Below are positions 62,136-64,000 of a stretch of DNA of 64,000 bases, in pieces; position 1 is the first letter of the stretch, and every line of letters starts with the position of its first letter. Location: the NCBI GenBank assembly GCA_965235115.1, contig OZ249436.1, forward strand, positions 36,768,001-36,832,000. Reading direction: 5' to 3'. Made by a program: the position numbers and the translations under genes. Below the pieces are notes generated by a model. It was not told the origin of the DNA. It saw nothing but the letters and a program-made list of their open reading frames with translations, and ran no database searches. The stretch comes from Laetmonice hystrix (taxonomy: Eukaryota).

Positions 62136-64000
62136 TTACTATGTACCAGCTCCCGCACATGAATGCCAGCCCCATCCGGGTGACGTACGTCGATGCACCA
62201 TTTTGGACGGACATGTGCTCCTTGGTCCCTGCGTTATTTCTTTGAAAGTGTGTTGATGTGGTTTGTAGTACTGAAATTCAGGTTCGGTTCCAATCGAGCT
62301 TTTAGCCGTTTCCATGCCATCTCTTCTTGACCCACCCTCTTCATTCTCCGCCATCTTAGTATACTTAGTATCTTCACTCCCTGTTTCGGCTATGTCATTA
62401 TTAAGGGCGGATGGTGGGACGTCACAATTACAAAAAAGCTATATTGCCCATTTCATAACATTGATCAAGTATTGAATTAAAACAAAATCCGTGGAGTAAT
62501 TTGCCCCGCACTGGATGTTTTAAGTTTCACTGTTACATGTAAAGTAGCGAACTGCCCTGTCCCGTCAGGTATCGCATGATTATTTTATAAAATTGGTCCC
62601 TGTCTGTAATATCCTGTGCAGCTGTTTTGCTTCACTTCTTCCGAAGAGAAAGCTGTCCTGTCACACACCGCAGGCTATCAAAATTTAATGACTCCTTGCC
62701 CGGCATGTTTTGGGATGAGTGGAGGGGGGGGGGAGTTTGATTCCACTCGAAAAAATATATCCAGTGTTCAAGGGGGCTCGGAAAGAAAATCGAATATCTA
62801 GTCCGAAATCTAATGTATGCACTGTCAAAGATCTAGCTGGATGAACTCTGTAGGTTCGTCGTTCTCCCCAAAGCCTAAACCGGCGTATCTTCGTTCAACA
62901 TGCGTGAATTTCTGCCATTTATCTCACGTCTAGACTTTTCCCTGATTTCATTTGGTATCTGTGGAAATTAAAGTTGCCGAGACGAAAATCTGCTCTATTT
63001 TGAGTGAATACTGAAATCTGATTGGTTCCTCTACTACCATTTGTTCTCAACGTTGCATTCAATTGAATAAGAAATATTCTAGTGCTCGAAGGAGTACCTC
63101 AACTATTGCCAAAGCATTCACGAATGCCACTCCTCTTTGTCAATTGCTCTAATGGCAGCCCGGTAATTCTAGGAAGTATTATCTGGGGCCTCGTGCAGCT
63201 TCCCTTACTGTCTTATGATAAACGGATAATAAGGTATTCACTGGAAGTAACTTTATACAAGTGAGTCTGTTAGCTCTTATTACGGACGTAATATTACTGC
63301 AGTGCCTTATTAAAAGGAGTAATTCTATAATTCCACATACTAATATTTCACAAAGATTTGCGAACAGAAAAGTTCCCCAGAAGCAGACTCCTTTTGTTCG
63401 TCTACATAACATTAGTGGACGTAAAGGATAGTTTACACCGGTTGGTGTCAATAATAAATCGAGCAAAGAAAAATGGTATGCCGTGCTGCAATGCTGGCCA
63501 AGATCTATAAGGAAGAGCTTTGAGATTCCCGTTCTTTCTATCTACCATAGACTTGGCGTTAATATGACCAGGAACATGCCATGTTTAAGAGAGAACTTTA
63601 AAGGTGTCGTTCATTCCGCACTGTAGAACCTATTCATCTCTTTTCAAAATAAAAATAAAAATATTTGAAAATTTGTTAAACTATTCATGGATTTATCCAA
63701 ATAACATAAATTGGGCCTTTGTCGATATTTTGCGATGGATGATGTAGATTAGGGGAGCGTCCCTGCCATTAACTCGGGAGATCTACGTCTTATGATCAGT
63801 TAATTTTATAGACAATAAGATTTCAACCTTTGTAACTCGGAGCATCATTTGGCCTCGAATTAGCAACTGCGGCAACCGGAGTTTTATACATTTTTCATAT
63901 TCTTAGAACTTGCAATCACGAATCGAATAGAAGTGCCCCCTTTTAATATTTTGTTTTAGCTTGTAACCTTTTCATGTGACAATACAAGCAAAGACAAGTC

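Overview
Eukaryotic, repeat-rich genomic DNA from an invertebrate animal, probably a lophotrochozoan. That assignment is an inference from spliceosomal introns, a Deu/Nin-type tRNA-SINE and a vitelline-envelope-like ZP gene. Host genes: two tandem paralogous ORFs of unknown function (351-1031, 6234-6875), a two-finger C2H2 exon (13387-13647), and a complete 8-exon ZP-domain membrane protein gene reconstructed by hand (19136-29652, 455 aa). The most notable feature is an apparently intact CR1/L2-group non-LTR retrotransposon on the minus strand (~37456-42540). Its ORF1 has the usual coiled-coil + RRM/CTD core fused to a complete C-terminal NADAR/YbiA-family domain, a family of N-glycosidases and guanine-ADP-ribose hydrolases. 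The rest of the window holds many MITEs (some nested), a full SINE with a TSD, mini- and microsatellites, and recurrent TAGGCCTA motifs that look like transposon excision footprints. No CRISPR array, rRNA or true tRNA was found.
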